Assembly: GCA_949745795.1 (NCBI GenBank)
Contig: CATKAZ010000110.1
Coordinates: 10,723-74,722, forward strand
Length of the DNA stretch: 64,000 nucleotides
Direction: 5' to 3'
From: an uncultured Oscillospiraceae bacterium
GTDB taxonomy: Bacteria; Bacillota; Clostridia; Oscillospirales; Ruminococcaceae
The notes beneath the pieces are model-generated. The model saw only the letters and a list, made by a program, of their open reading frames with translations. It was not told where the DNA came from and did not search any database. Position numbers and translations under genes: made by a program. Below are positions 1 to 9,326 of the stretch, piece after piece (position 1 is the first letter of the stretch; each line of letters begins with the position of its first letter).

Positions 1-496
1 CGCACAAAAGTATATCCGGATCGTTAGCTAAAGCTCTTGCTATTGCCACACGCTGCATTTGTCCGCCTGAAAGCTGATTAGGCTTTTTGTGAAGATGTTC
101 CTTAAGCCCTACCTTTTCCAGCGCTTCTTTCGCTCTTCTATGCTTTTCGGCAGATGATACTCCGCTGAGAGTCATGCCCAATTCAACATTAGCAACAATA
201 CTTAAATGTGAAATAAGATTATAGCTCTGAAAAATAAAGCCTATACTGTTATTTCTATATGCGTCCCATTCACGATCCTTAAAATTTTTTGTTGATTTTC
301 CGTTTATGATAAGATCGCCGGAATCGTAACGGTCTAAACCTCCTATAATATTCAGACATGTAGTCTTTCCCGAACCGCTTGTACCAAGAATTGCTACAAA
401 CTCCTTTTCCCTGAAAGATACGCTTATATCGTCAAGCGCTTTGGTTTCAACGTCCCCTACTCTGTATGTTTTTTTGATGTTTTTTAACGCAAGCAT
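1..496 (-). CDS. ABC transporter ATP-binding protein (MacB/LolD-like), N-terminal ~165 aa; the 3' end runs off the window
   Basis: Absent from the ORF track because it leaves the window. Reverse translation from the ATG at 496 gives MLALKNIKKTYRVGD. It has Walker A GTSGSGKTT (about 370-395) and the ABC signature LSGGQMQRVAIARA (about 40-85). Confidence 0.85.
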   Translation of the reverse strand, partial: MLALKNIKKTYRVGDVETKALDDISVSFREKEFVAILGTSGSGKTTCLNIIGGLDRYDSGDLIINGKSTKNFKDREWDAYRNNSIGFIFQSYNLISHLSIVANVELGMTLSGVSSAEKHRRAKEALEKVGLKEHLHKKPNQLSGGQMQRVAIARALANDPDILLC

Positions 497-641
497 TCAA
501 TACCTCCAATATGATTCTTCTTATTCCTAAAAATAAAACCAGATTAATAATACCACTGATAAAAAATAAAGTCAAACGAAAAGATACTAAAATATAAATT
601 TTCATCAGTTTGTCACATTATTTTATTTTAAACCGGTTTAC

Positions 642-662
642 TTTGATATCAAATTGATATCA
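642..662. promoter_or_regulatory. Operator-like palindromes (TTTGATATCAAA followed by TTGATATCA) in the divergent intergenic region
   Basis: A perfect 12-nt palindrome at 642-653 is followed directly by a second TGATATCA core at 655-662. The site lies between the minus-strand ABC gene and the plus-strand PHP gene. Confidence 0.35.
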
Positions 663-803
663 TTATATTATCACATATATCTGCACTTGTCAAGAATATT
701 TTTTATTTCTTGGTAAAATACTGATAAAAATTTTCCGAATAAAAAATAATATTCTTAAATTTTAAAAAAATATAGTTTTTTTATAGGTTTTGTGCTATAA
801 TAA

Positions 804-1676
804 ATGATATCAATTTATAGAAAGGATCTGATAAATTTGATTATTGATTGTCATACACATTCCCGAAACTCCTTTGACGCTGATAACGATACCGTAAAAG
901 AACGCTGTCAGCGAGCGATTCAGCTGGGACTTGACGCTATGGCGATTACCGATCATTGTGAGGTAAACAGGTTTTATGAAAAAGAATACTATCATATAAC
1001 AGAAGAAAAATACAATGATTACGGTTTTAAACGAGCCTATGAAGCATCAATGGAAGAAATATCCCTGGCAAAGGACGAATATTCCGGAAAGCTGAATCTT
1101 ATCTGCGGAATTGAACTGGGACAAGCAACAGCCGATACTGCTGTTGCAGATATGATCCTTTCCGATAAGCGTCTGGACTTTGTTATAGGTTCGATGCATG
1201 AACTTCCGAATCATGATGACTTTGCATTTCTCGATTACAGTAAAGAAGATGTTCCTAAGCTTATGGAGGAAAATTTTACTGAAATACTTAAGCTTTGTCA
1301 ATGGAACAAATTCGATGTTTTAGGTCATCTTACATATGCGCTCCGATATATACAGGGAAACCAGAAAATTCAGGTTGACATGTCCCCTTACAATGACATA
1401 ATTGCCGCAATTTTTGAAACTATAATAAAAAACGGAAAAGGTATTGAAATAAATACGTCCGGTCTAAGACAGGCATACGGCAAAACCTTTCCGTCATATG
1501 AATATATAAAATTATATAAGGATTTAGGCGGTGAAATCATTACCCTGGGTTCAGACTGCCATTCCACGGCTGACCTTGCAAAGGGAATTCCCGAAGGTAT
1601 TGAACTTGCAAGAAAAGCAGGTTTCAGTCAAATCGCATACTATAAAAACAGACAACCGCATTTTCTTAAAATATAA
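804..1676 (+). CDS. PHP-domain histidinol-phosphatase family protein
   Basis: N-terminal DCHTHS metal motif, ITDHCE, and later GHLTY and GSDCHS motifs typical of PHP/HisK-type phosphatases. The start is uncertain. An extended -10 element (TGCTATAAT, 793-801) sits 2 nt before the ATG at 804, so the in-frame TTG at 837, preceded by AAAGGA, may be the real start. Confidence 0.75.
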   Translation: MISIYRKDLINLIIDCHTHSRNSFDADNDTVKERCQRAIQLGLDAMAITDHCEVNRFYEKEYYHITEEKYNDYGFKRAYEASMEEISLAKDEYSGKLNLICGIELGQATADTAVADMILSDKRLDFVIGSMHELPNHDDFAFLDYSKEDVPKLMEENFTEILKLCQWNKFDVLGHLTYALRYIQGNQKIQVDMSPYNDIIAAIFETIIKNGKGIEINTSGLRQAYGKTFPSYEYIKLYKDLGGEIITLGSDCHSTADLAKGIPEGIELARKAGFSQIAYYKNRQPHFLKI

Positions 1677-1687
1677 GGAGAAAAGCT

Positions 1688-2167
1688 ATGAACGAATTAA
1701 TTAAACTTTTAAAACAAAATGCCAGATTTTCAAATGAACAGCTTGCAGCTATGCTGGGAACAACTCCTAAAGACGTTGCAGCACAGATCGAACAGCTTGA
1801 AAAAGACGGTATTATAAAAGGCTACAGCGTAATTTTAGATGAAAACCGTGCAGATAAAGACATGGTTATTGCAAACATTGAACTAAAGGTAACTCCTCAG
1901 CGTGACTGCGGCTTCGACGAGCTTGCTAAAACAGTTATGATGTATGATGAAGTTGACAGCGTATCTCTTATGTCCGGATCATACGACCTTGCAGTTACCG
2001 TAACCGGAAGAAATCTCAAGGAAATCGCACTGTTTGTGGCGCAGCGTCTTTCAACAATTGAAGGCGTACTCTCCACAACCACGCACTTTGTACTTAAAAC
2101 CTACAAAGAAAAAGGTATCTTCATACAGGAAGAAGATATTGATGAAAGGGGTTTTGTTGCTCCGTGA
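1688..2167 (+). CDS. Lrp/AsnC family transcriptional regulator
   Basis: 159 aa with an N-terminal HTH (ARFSNEQLAAMLGTTPKDVAAQIEQLEKDGIIKGY) and a C-terminal AsnC-type ligand domain. RBS AAGGAG lies upstream. The stop overlaps the next gene's start (GTGA). Confidence 0.8.
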   Translation: MNELIKLLKQNARFSNEQLAAMLGTTPKDVAAQIEQLEKDGIIKGYSVILDENRADKDMVIANIELKVTPQRDCGFDELAKTVMMYDEVDSVSLMSGSYDLAVTVTGRNLKEIALFVAQRLSTIEGVLSTTTHFVLKTYKEKGIFIQEEDIDERGFVAP

Positions 2168-3342
2168 TTAATTATGATACTGTATTATCGTCTAAAATAA
2201 AAGAAATAAAGCCTTCGGGTATACGAAAATTTTTTGACTTGGCAGCTACTATTGATAATGTTATTAGTCTGGGGGTTGGCGAACCGGATTTTCAAACTCC
2301 ATGGGCTATAAGAAAAGCCGCTATTGATACTCTTGAAAAAAAGAGAATCATTTATACCGCTAATTCTGGTCTTGCTGATTTACGCCATGAAATTTCACAT
2401 TACATTGATAAAAAGCTGAATGTAAAATATAATCCCGAACATGAAATAATTGTTACAGTGGGCGGTTCTGAAGCTATTGATATTTCGATCAGAGCCTTAA
2501 TAAATCCCGGAGATGAAGTTTTAATTGTAGAACCGTGCTTTGTTTGCTACGCTCCTATTGTCGAGCTGACCGGAGGCGTTCCGATATCCGTAACTACACG
2601 TCTTGAAGATAACTTCAAGCTAACTGCGGACGCACTTAAAGCAAAAATCACAAGTAAAACCAAACTGCTTATTCTGCCTTTTCCGAACAATCCAACAGGA
2701 GCAATTATGACTAAAGAGGATCTTGAACCTATTGCGGAAATATTGCGTGATACCGATATCATGGTTTTATCGGATGAGATCTATGCCGAACTTACTTACG
2801 GAAGAAAGCATTTTTCAATCACTCAGCTTGATGGAATGCAGGAAAGAACTATACTTATTAACGGATTTTCAAAAGCTTTTGCCATGACCGGCTGGCGTTT
2901 GGGATACCTTGCAGCGCCTGAACCGTTAGTTACTCAGATACTGAAAATTCATCAGTACGCTATCATGAGTTCTCCTACTGTCAGTCAGTATGCGGCAGTT
3001 GAGGCTCTTATACACTGTGAACGTGAAGTAAAAAATATGGTTGCGGAATATAATGTGCGCCGCAGACTTCTGGTGGATAGCTTTAATAAAATGGGATTGG
3101 AATGCTTTAATCCTGAAGGCGCTTTTTATGTATTTCCGTGTATTAAAAGTACAGGCATGACAAGCGAAGAATTCTGCGAGGAGCTTTTGAACGAACAAAA
3201 GGTTGCTGTTGTTCCAGGAAATGCATTCGGGGAAAGCGGTGAAGGATTTATTCGAGTATCCTATGCGTATTCACTTAAACACCTTATGGAAGCTCTTAAG
3301 AGAATTGAAATTTTTATTAGGAATAGGAAATCAGCGGAGTAA
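2164..3342 (+). CDS. Class I/II pyridoxal-phosphate-dependent aminotransferase (aspartate/aromatic type)
   Basis: 392 aa with the PLP-lysine motif NGFSKAFAMTGWRLGY and the NNPTG motif. GTG start is coupled to the upstream Lrp/AsnC gene. Confidence 0.85.
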   Translation: MINYDTVLSSKIKEIKPSGIRKFFDLAATIDNVISLGVGEPDFQTPWAIRKAAIDTLEKKRIIYTANSGLADLRHEISHYIDKKLNVKYNPEHEIIVTVGGSEAIDISIRALINPGDEVLIVEPCFVCYAPIVELTGGVPISVTTRLEDNFKLTADALKAKITSKTKLLILPFPNNPTGAIMTKEDLEPIAEILRDTDIMVLSDEIYAELTYGRKHFSITQLDGMQERTILINGFSKAFAMTGWRLGYLAAPEPLVTQILKIHQYAIMSSPTVSQYAAVEALIHCEREVKNMVAEYNVRRRLLVDSFNKMGLECFNPEGAFYVFPCIKSTGMTSEEFCEELLNEQKVAVVPGNAFGESGEGFIRVSYAYSLKHLMEALKRIEIFIRNRKSAE

Positions 3343-3344
3343 TT

Positions 3345-4217
3345 ATGGATAGCATTAAAGTAAAGGCATCTGCCAAAATCAATCTTTCTCTTGACGTTGT
3401 CGGACGTAAACCCGATGGATATCATCTTATTGAAAGCATTTTTCAAAGCGTTAATATTTATGATATAATAACTGTTTCAAAAATAGAAAACGGAATACAT
3501 CTAACATGCAATGAACCGAACATTCCATGCGACAGCAGAAATATTGCTTATAAGGCAGCCAAATTGTTTCTTGATAAAACAGGTATAAAGACGGGAATAG
3601 CTATTCATGTTGAAAAGCATATACCGTCGCAGGCGGGACTTGGCGGCGGTAGCTCGGACGGCGCAGGAGTTCTTTATGCAATGAACGCTCTATTCGGTAC
3701 AAATATTGATATTTGCGACATGTCAAAGCTTGGTGCGAAAATAAGTGCAGATACGGCATTTTTTATATACGGCGGTACAGCTTTTGTTCAGGGAATCGGA
3801 GAAATAATCAATCCCATACGCCTTTTGCCTCCGATTGAACTGGTTATTGCCAAAGGCAAGTCCGGCATATCCACGCCTGAAGCGTATAAAATGATTGATA
3901 AATTATCTGAACCTAATCATATTGATACATGTAAACTTTTAAAAGCAATTGATAAAGGTAAATTTTTAAACCACTGTGATTGCTGCGGCAATATTTTTGA
4001 ACAGATCACAACAGTTAACGACGTATTTGATATTAAAAAACGAATGATTGCAAGCGGAGCCGAAAATGCAGTAATGAGCGGCAGCGGTTCGGCAGTTTTC
4101 GGTATTTTCAAGGATTCCGAAACAGCCGATAAATGTGCAGAAAAACTAAAAAATATCTATCCCTTTGCAGTTCACTGTCAGACTATTCCTCAAAGTATTA
4201 CTACAGAAACTAATTAA
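3345..4217 (+). CDS. ispE: 4-diphosphocytidyl-2-C-methyl-D-erythritol kinase
   Basis: 290 aa with N-terminal KAxAKINLSLDV and GHMP kinase motif PSQAGLGGGSSDGAG. Confidence 0.9.
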   Translation: MDSIKVKASAKINLSLDVVGRKPDGYHLIESIFQSVNIYDIITVSKIENGIHLTCNEPNIPCDSRNIAYKAAKLFLDKTGIKTGIAIHVEKHIPSQAGLGGGSSDGAGVLYAMNALFGTNIDICDMSKLGAKISADTAFFIYGGTAFVQGIGEIINPIRLLPPIELVIAKGKSGISTPEAYKMIDKLSEPNHIDTCKLLKAIDKGKFLNHCDCCGNIFEQITTVNDVFDIKKRMIASGAENAVMSGSGSAVFGIFKDSETADKCAEKLKNIYPFAVHCQTIPQSITTETN

Positions 4218-4225
4218 CAGAGGTA

Positions 4226-4903
4226 TTGTATATGAATATTGAAGAACAATTTAACCTTATAGCTAAGGAATATGATGCAAACAGAAAAAAATTTATACCT
4301 TGCTTTGATGAATTTTACGAATATACTACAAAATTTATAGCGTCAAACATAGAAACACCTAAACAAATCTTAGATTTAGGTGCAGGTACTGGTCTTTTAT
4401 CATATTTTTGGTTTCAGCACTTTCCAAAATCTGAATATGTTCTTGTTGATATCGCTGATGACATGCTGAATATTGCCAGAGATAGATTTTCCGGACTTGA
4501 AAATGTATCTTATGAAGTATTGGATTATTCCAAAGAATTTCCAAACGGAAAATTTGATATTATTGCTTCTGCATTATCCATTCACCATTTAATGCATGAA
4601 AACAAAAAAGAATTATTTTCACGTATTTATAACAGATTATCTGATGACGGTATATTCGTCAATTATGATCAGTTTTGTGCTGATTCATCAGAAATAAATA
4701 CTTGGTTTGATTCATACTGGGAACATCAATTAAAAAATAGTGGATTAACATCAAAAGACATAGAGTTATGGAAAGAACGCAGAAAATTAGACATAGAATG
4801 TTCCGTCGAAGAAGAAATGGATATGCTGAAAAAATGTAATTTTAAAGAAGTCAAATGCATTTACTCAAATCAAAAATTTTCTGTTATCGTCGCAATAAAA
4901 TAA
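4226..4903 (+). CDS. Class I SAM-dependent methyltransferase
   Basis: 225 aa with SAM-binding motif I ILDLGAGTGLL, an acidic residue after strand 2 (VLVDIADDM) and SALSIHHL. Confidence 0.75.
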   Translation: MYMNIEEQFNLIAKEYDANRKKFIPCFDEFYEYTTKFIASNIETPKQILDLGAGTGLLSYFWFQHFPKSEYVLVDIADDMLNIARDRFSGLENVSYEVLDYSKEFPNGKFDIIASALSIHHLMHENKKELFSRIYNRLSDDGIFVNYDQFCADSSEINTWFDSYWEHQLKNSGLTSKDIELWKERRKLDIECSVEEEMDMLKKCNFKEVKCIYSNQKFSVIVAIK

Positions 4904-4926
4904 ATTTCTATATGTTAAGAATACTA

Positions 4927-4964
4927 AATAACCTGAGAAGAAAATTCTTCTCAGGTTATTTTAT
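4927..4964. terminator. Bidirectional intrinsic terminator between convergent genes
   Basis: Perfect 14-bp stem AATAACCTGAGAAG / CTTCTCAGGTTATT with loop AAAATT, flanked by T-rich sequence on both strands. Confidence 0.8.
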
Positions 4965-4974
4965 ACCAAAATTT

Positions 4975-6105
4975 TTATTCAGTAATATTTATATTTACTC
5001 CATTTACTTCAACATTTTCATCGGCTTTTATCAATATGTATTTTTGTCCGTCAATTATCTGGGTTCTTATAAGGTCAGGTCTATCAGGACTGACTTTTAT
5101 CGTTATATCAGGAGTTTTAACTTCAAACTTTTTTACATCAATTATGTTTTTAGGACTCAATCCGGTATCTGCGCCGAATTGCGTATCATACTGCTCCTCA
5201 AAATTTGATATATTAGTTTCTGAGACGCCGCAGTATTCAAGAACATCTTTTACGGTATGTTTAGATATAACCAATGGTTCTTCTCTTTTTTCAGCCTTAT
5301 GCTCCGAAACCATTTCACATATTTGCGCATGAACGGTCTGCACTACTTCAAAGCTGCAATCCTCCGAAACGGTTTCCTCCAGAATTGAATTGAAAATTTC
5401 CTTCTGAGTATCTGCCGGCATGGGAATATCCGTATTGAATATTTCAGCCACAAATTCCTCATAATTGTCAGATGAATTTTTTATATAATAAACAGCATTG
5501 TAAATATTTGACTGACGATCGTCAAAAGACGGAAACATAAATCCAAGTTCGGGAGCGCTTATAATCCAGTCTGTTGCAATATTTCGGAAGCAATTTTCAT
5601 GAACATAATAACTAAGTGCCGGTTTTGTTTGCTTTACAGGACATATACTGCAAAGAATATATGTAAACATCTCAGACGTATCTTCCAGCTTTACATCGTC
5701 TTTTGCATAGACCGGAACATCATATTTATCACATGTAAGAAGTATCAGATATTTGCCTTCAAAGTCAAGGGACTGTATAATATGTTTATAAATCTCAGAT
5801 ACAGACTCGTCATCTTTAAGTTCTGAATTTTTCAAACTCATAAGCAATTTATGCTCATCACTGTCAATAACCTGCTGATTGGAAAATTCAATATCAATGA
5901 GATTTTTACCCAATGTTCCGGAAAGAGTTTTTTTAATAATAGCCAGGATTTCTTCAGCTTCTTCTCTCGGTACAGTTCCGAAGAACTGATCAAATTCAGA
6001 AATTATTTCCTTATTTTCATTAACATAACAACCCCTAATATTTGAAATATTAGTTTTGTCAATATTAAAACGTCTGCGGATTTCCGCAATTTCCTTTTCT
6101 GTCAT
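4975..6105 (-). CDS. Conserved clostridial protein of unknown function (DUF4317-like)
   Basis: 376 aa, soluble. The N-terminus MTEKEIAEIRRRFNIDKTNISNIRGCYVNENKEIISEF and KKTLSGTLGKNL resemble the DUF4317 family as I remember it. Confidence 0.55.
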   Translation of the reverse strand: MTEKEIAEIRRRFNIDKTNISNIRGCYVNENKEIISEFDQFFGTVPREEAEEILAIIKKTLSGTLGKNLIDIEFSNQQVIDSDEHKLLMSLKNSELKDDESVSEIYKHIIQSLDFEGKYLILLTCDKYDVPVYAKDDVKLEDTSEMFTYILCSICPVKQTKPALSYYVHENCFRNIATDWIISAPELGFMFPSFDDRQSNIYNAVYYIKNSSDNYEEFVAEIFNTDIPMPADTQKEIFNSILEETVSEDCSFEVVQTVHAQICEMVSEHKAEKREEPLVISKHTVKDVLEYCGVSETNISNFEEQYDTQFGADTGLSPKNIIDVKKFEVKTPDITIKVSPDRPDLIRTQIIDGQKYILIKADENVEVNGVNINITE

Positions 6106-6177
6106 ATTTATTCCTCTTTCATTTTATGAATATTATTAGTATATCACAAATTTTATTCAAACTCAATATCAGTACAA

Positions 6178-6203
6178 AGAAAAAAGAGCGGATAACCGCT
6201 CTT
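6178..6203 (-). terminator. Intrinsic terminator downstream of cbiMN
   Basis: On the minus strand, stem AAGAGCGG / CCGCTCTT with a 4-nt loop, followed by a U-run. Confidence 0.75.
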
Positions 6204-6217
6204 GATTAAAAAATTCG

Positions 6218-7273
6218 CTACTCTTTTTTCTCTTTCTTTCTGCGTTCAATAAGTCTTCCTACACAAAAAGCAATGACTGACGTTCCTATACCTGTTTGCA
6301 GACAAAACAGCAGACTTTCAATTTCACCCGGAATTTCTCCGCCCAGATATGTTTCCAATACCGGAGTGAACCATGGTTCATATTCTTCCCCTTTTATTTC
6401 CGATACCATTTCACTTCCTGCATCGTCAGAGCCTCCGAAATCTGCACCTTTAAGTGCGAAAAACGGTACAAACGCAATTAGAACAGCTGCCAAAACACAA
6501 GCAATAACACTGCCTTTTATTTTAGAAGGCTTACTGTTTACATAATTCAAATCGGAAAGCTCATTTTTAGCATAAACTTCAAGAACAGAAATTATAATTA
6601 CCGAAAGAAGTCCTTCAAGTATAGCAAGAGGCACTTGAGTTACGGCAAATACCCCCAAAAATTTGAGTATAGACGCTCCGATTCCTCCGCTTTCAGACGG
6701 ATAAGCCACAGCAAGTTGGAAAGAAGTAACACAGTATGTAAACAAATCACCCAATGCGGCAGCAACAAAAACACTTATTTTTTTATTAACATTCAGCTTC
6801 TGACAAAGCTTATAAATACCAAAAGTCATAAACGGTCCGGCAATTGCCATTGAAAATGTATTTGCACCAATTGTGGTAAGTCCGCCGTGGGCAAGCAGAA
6901 CAGCCTGAAATAAAAGTACAATAATTCCTAAAATACTTACTGCCGACGGTCCGAATAATATAGCTCCCAGACCTGTTCCGGTCATATGAGAACAGCTTCC
7001 TGTAACTGACGGTATTTTCAGAGATGAAATAACAAATATAAACGCACCTGAAATTGCAAGCAGAATAAGTGTTCTGCGATGCTCTGTAATTTTTTTCTTA
7101 ATTGACATAAATCCCATAACAACAAAAGGAAGTGATAATACACCCCAAAGTATACAATATCCCGGAGCAATAAAGCCTTCCATAATGTGCATAGCGTCCG
7201 CAGCAGGAATTATTCCAATACACAGCGCTACAGCGGATATAATTCCAATAAACTTTTTTTGTTTTTTTGTCAT
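6218..7273 (-). CDS. cbiM: Cobalt ECF transporter substrate component, fused CbiM-CbiN
   Basis: 351 aa. A signal-like N-terminus ends ...PAADA and is followed by MHIMEGF, the typical mature CbiM N-terminus. The body is polytopic. The C-terminal ~100 aa carry CbiN-like motifs (GADFGGSDD...YEPWF...SLLFCLQTGIG). Confidence 0.85.
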   Translation of the reverse strand: MTKKQKKFIGIISAVALCIGIIPAADAMHIMEGFIAPGYCILWGVLSLPFVVMGFMSIKKKITEHRRTLILLAISGAFIFVISSLKIPSVTGSCSHMTGTGLGAILFGPSAVSILGIIVLLFQAVLLAHGGLTTIGANTFSMAIAGPFMTFGIYKLCQKLNVNKKISVFVAAALGDLFTYCVTSFQLAVAYPSESGGIGASILKFLGVFAVTQVPLAILEGLLSVIIISVLEVYAKNELSDLNYVNSKPSKIKGSVIACVLAAVLIAFVPFFALKGADFGGSDDAGSEMVSEIKGEEYEPWFTPVLETYLGGEIPGEIESLLFCLQTGIGTSVIAFCVGRLIERRKKEKKE

Positions 7274-7295
7274 ATAAAAAACCCCTTTACTAAAT

Positions 7296-8117
7296 TTATA
7301 AAAACATTTCCTTTAATTCAGAAATACTTTTAACCGATTTACCTGATGTAATAAATCCCTTATCTGCCAATATTTCATAAACCTCCATAAGCATCGGTTT
7401 TACTAAATTGGCTTTTCTTAGTAAATCACTATCTGCGAAAACATTCTGAGGAATATCATCAGCAATAATACACCCATCATCAAATACGATAATACGCTCC
7501 GCCCATTTCCATGCAAAATTCACATCATGAGTGGATACGATAGTTGTTACTTCTTGATTTTCCAAACGCTGAAGGGTCCTTTCAAACATTTCACAGTTTA
7601 TAGGATCAAGGGACGCTGTCGGTTCATCAAAAATAATAATTTCCGGCCGCATAGCAAGTATATCTGCAATACTTACACGCTTTTTCTGTCCGCCGCTAAG
7701 ATAATGCACCGGACGCTCACGAAGAAATTCGATATTCATTTCTATCATAGAACTGTCAACTCTCTGCTTTACTTCCTCTTCTTCCAATCCCATATTTATA
7801 GGACCAAAGGAAACTTCCGCTTCAACCGTCGATGCAATCAGCTGACTATCAGGTTCCTGAAAAACTATTCCCACATTTTTTCTTAAAATATCAAGGTTTT
7901 TACCGGTAATATTAACATCCTTATAAAAAATATTTCCGTGATGATGTGATAACACACCATTTATATTCAGAAAAAATGTTGACTTTCCCGAACCGTTTGA
8001 ACCCAATACTGCTATTTTTTCTCCCTTAATAAAATCTACATTTATATTTTTTAGTGAGAATCCGCTGTCATATTCAAATGACAAGTTTTTTATTGTCAAT
8101 ATATTTTCACTATTCAT
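7296..8117 (-). CDS. cbiO: Cobalt ECF transporter ATPase
   Basis: 273 aa with Walker A GSNGSGKST, signature LSGGQKKRVSIA and Walker B IIIFDEPT. A 4-nt overlap links it to cbiQ. Confidence 0.85.
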   Translation of the reverse strand: MNSENILTIKNLSFEYDSGFSLKNINVDFIKGEKIAVLGSNGSGKSTFFLNINGVLSHHHGNIFYKDVNITGKNLDILRKNVGIVFQEPDSQLIASTVEAEVSFGPINMGLEEEEVKQRVDSSMIEMNIEFLRERPVHYLSGGQKKRVSIADILAMRPEIIIFDEPTASLDPINCEMFERTLQRLENQEVTTIVSTHDVNFAWKWAERIIVFDDGCIIADDIPQNVFADSDLLRKANLVKPMLMEVYEILADKGFITSGKSVKSISELKEMFL

Positions 8118-8899
8118 AAAATTATCCCTTTCAAAATAGTGTCCAGCAGAATTTCAGATAAAGCAATCAAAGCAGTATAAATACTAAAAAATATAACATG
8201 TATTAATTTTATAGGTTTTTTCTGACACATAAACTTTATTTTACCGCCTGCACATCTTGATTCAATTGCATTATAATAATCCGACGCTCTCCTCAATGAA
8301 ACTGCAAAAAGATTTCCGCATATAAGAGCAAAGGTTTTTAATGATGTACGTAAATTACAGTAACCCAATCGGGCAGCGGCGGAATTTTTCATTTTTGCCT
8401 GACTGTCCAGCAAAACAAAAATATACTTATACATAAGATTCATAAGTTCAATTATAATAAACGGCAGCTTAAGTTTCCCCAGTACAGCAATGATTTCCGT
8501 TACAGGCGTAGACAAAGACATCATATACATAGCGCTTACAGCACCGATTGCCCTGCATGATATATACACTGCCCTATAAACATTATTCGGAAGAATTTTA
8601 ACTGAAAATCCTCCGCTGATGTTAAAATCCAGCATAATGGCAATTGAAGTCATAATAAGAAACACCATAGGAATACACATTAAAGACAGATATTCTCTTA
8701 TGCGTATCTTTCCATTATAAACAGTTATCACTCCGGCAGAAACAGCTATCATTATCGGAACAATAACATTCTGAGAGCATATTGACAATATCATAATTAT
8801 AAAAGAAAATAAAACCTTAAGACTGCTGTTCCAGCTTTTAAGTTTTGAACTATATGCATATTCATCAATAGATCTTGCACCGAAATGGTTATGTTTCAT
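8114..8899 (-). CDS. cbiQ: Cobalt ECF transporter transmembrane (T) component
   Basis: 261 aa polytopic membrane protein. It is the first gene after the B12 riboswitch and is followed by cbiO and cbiMN. Confidence 0.75.
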   Translation of the reverse strand: MKHNHFGARSIDEYAYSSKLKSWNSSLKVLFSFIIMILSICSQNVIVPIMIAVSAGVITVYNGKIRIREYLSLMCIPMVFLIMTSIAIMLDFNISGGFSVKILPNNVYRAVYISCRAIGAVSAMYMMSLSTPVTEIIAVLGKLKLPFIIIELMNLMYKYIFVLLDSQAKMKNSAAARLGYCNLRTSLKTFALICGNLFAVSLRRASDYYNAIESRCAGGKIKFMCQKKPIKLIHVIFFSIYTALIALSEILLDTILKGIIL

Positions 8900-8913
8900 A
8901 TTAAATCCTCAAC

Positions 8914-8960
8914 TAAAAAAGTCATATTACCGAAAACTGCGTTTTACGGTAATATGACTA
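8914..8960 (-). terminator. Riboswitch expression-platform terminator
   Basis: On the minus strand, a 12-bp stem GTCATATTACCG / CGGTAATATGAC is followed by TTTTTT, about 15 nt upstream of the cbiQ RBS GAGGAT. Confidence 0.8.
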
Positions 8961-9039
8961 AAAATGATACAACAAACCAAAGGGTACAGTATTTTTTTCA
9001 AAACCATAACCTTTATTAGCTGCCATTTCCCGTCGCTCG

Positions 9040-9235
9040 CAGGATCCGGACACGGAATATATATTGGCAGGTCTTCTGACTTGAAAATTCAGATATAATT
9101 ATCAACGCAGTTTTAAGTCTTCCCAACAAAAGTCAGTGACATAATTTAAAACAGCTTTTTTCTCACAGCAGCGGGACTGTTCAGGATTTACACCTGATTC
9201 CCTTTTAATCCACAATTAAGCGAAACCAATTTCCG
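9040..9235 (-). promoter_or_regulatory. Cobalamin (B12) riboswitch
   Basis: The minus strand reads AAAAGGGAATCAGGTGTAAATCCTGAACAGTCCCGCTGCTGTGAG, then GTCACTG...GGGAAGAC, then the B12 box AGTCAGAAGACCTGCC (9066-9081). All are hallmark conserved blocks of the cobalamin riboswitch. The boundaries are approximate. Confidence 0.9.
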
Positions 9236-9254
9236 TAAATATTCAATTAACAGC

Positions 9255-9283
9255 ATTATAACACAATTGCAGATGCTTGTCAA
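9255..9283 (-). promoter_or_regulatory. Sigma-A type promoter for the riboswitch-cbi operon
   Basis: On the minus strand, TTGACA (9283-9278), a 17-nt spacer and TATAAT (9260-9255). Confidence 0.7.
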
Positions 9284-9293
9284 GATATGTATA

Positions 9294-9322
9294 AAAACCT
9301 GTACTCAATGAGCACAGGTTTT
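9294..9322 (-). terminator. Hairpin terminator after the sulfite/nitrite reductase gene
   Basis: On the minus strand, AACCTGT...ACAGGTT stem followed by TTTAT. Confidence 0.5.
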
Positions 9323-9326
9323 ACAA

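Noticed and set aside
4855-5208. 117-aa ORF spanning the methyltransferase 3' end, the terminator and the DUF4317 3' end
   Set aside because: It runs through a perfect 14-bp terminator hairpin and overlaps two better-supported genes. The composition is Phe/Ile/Tyr-rich junk.
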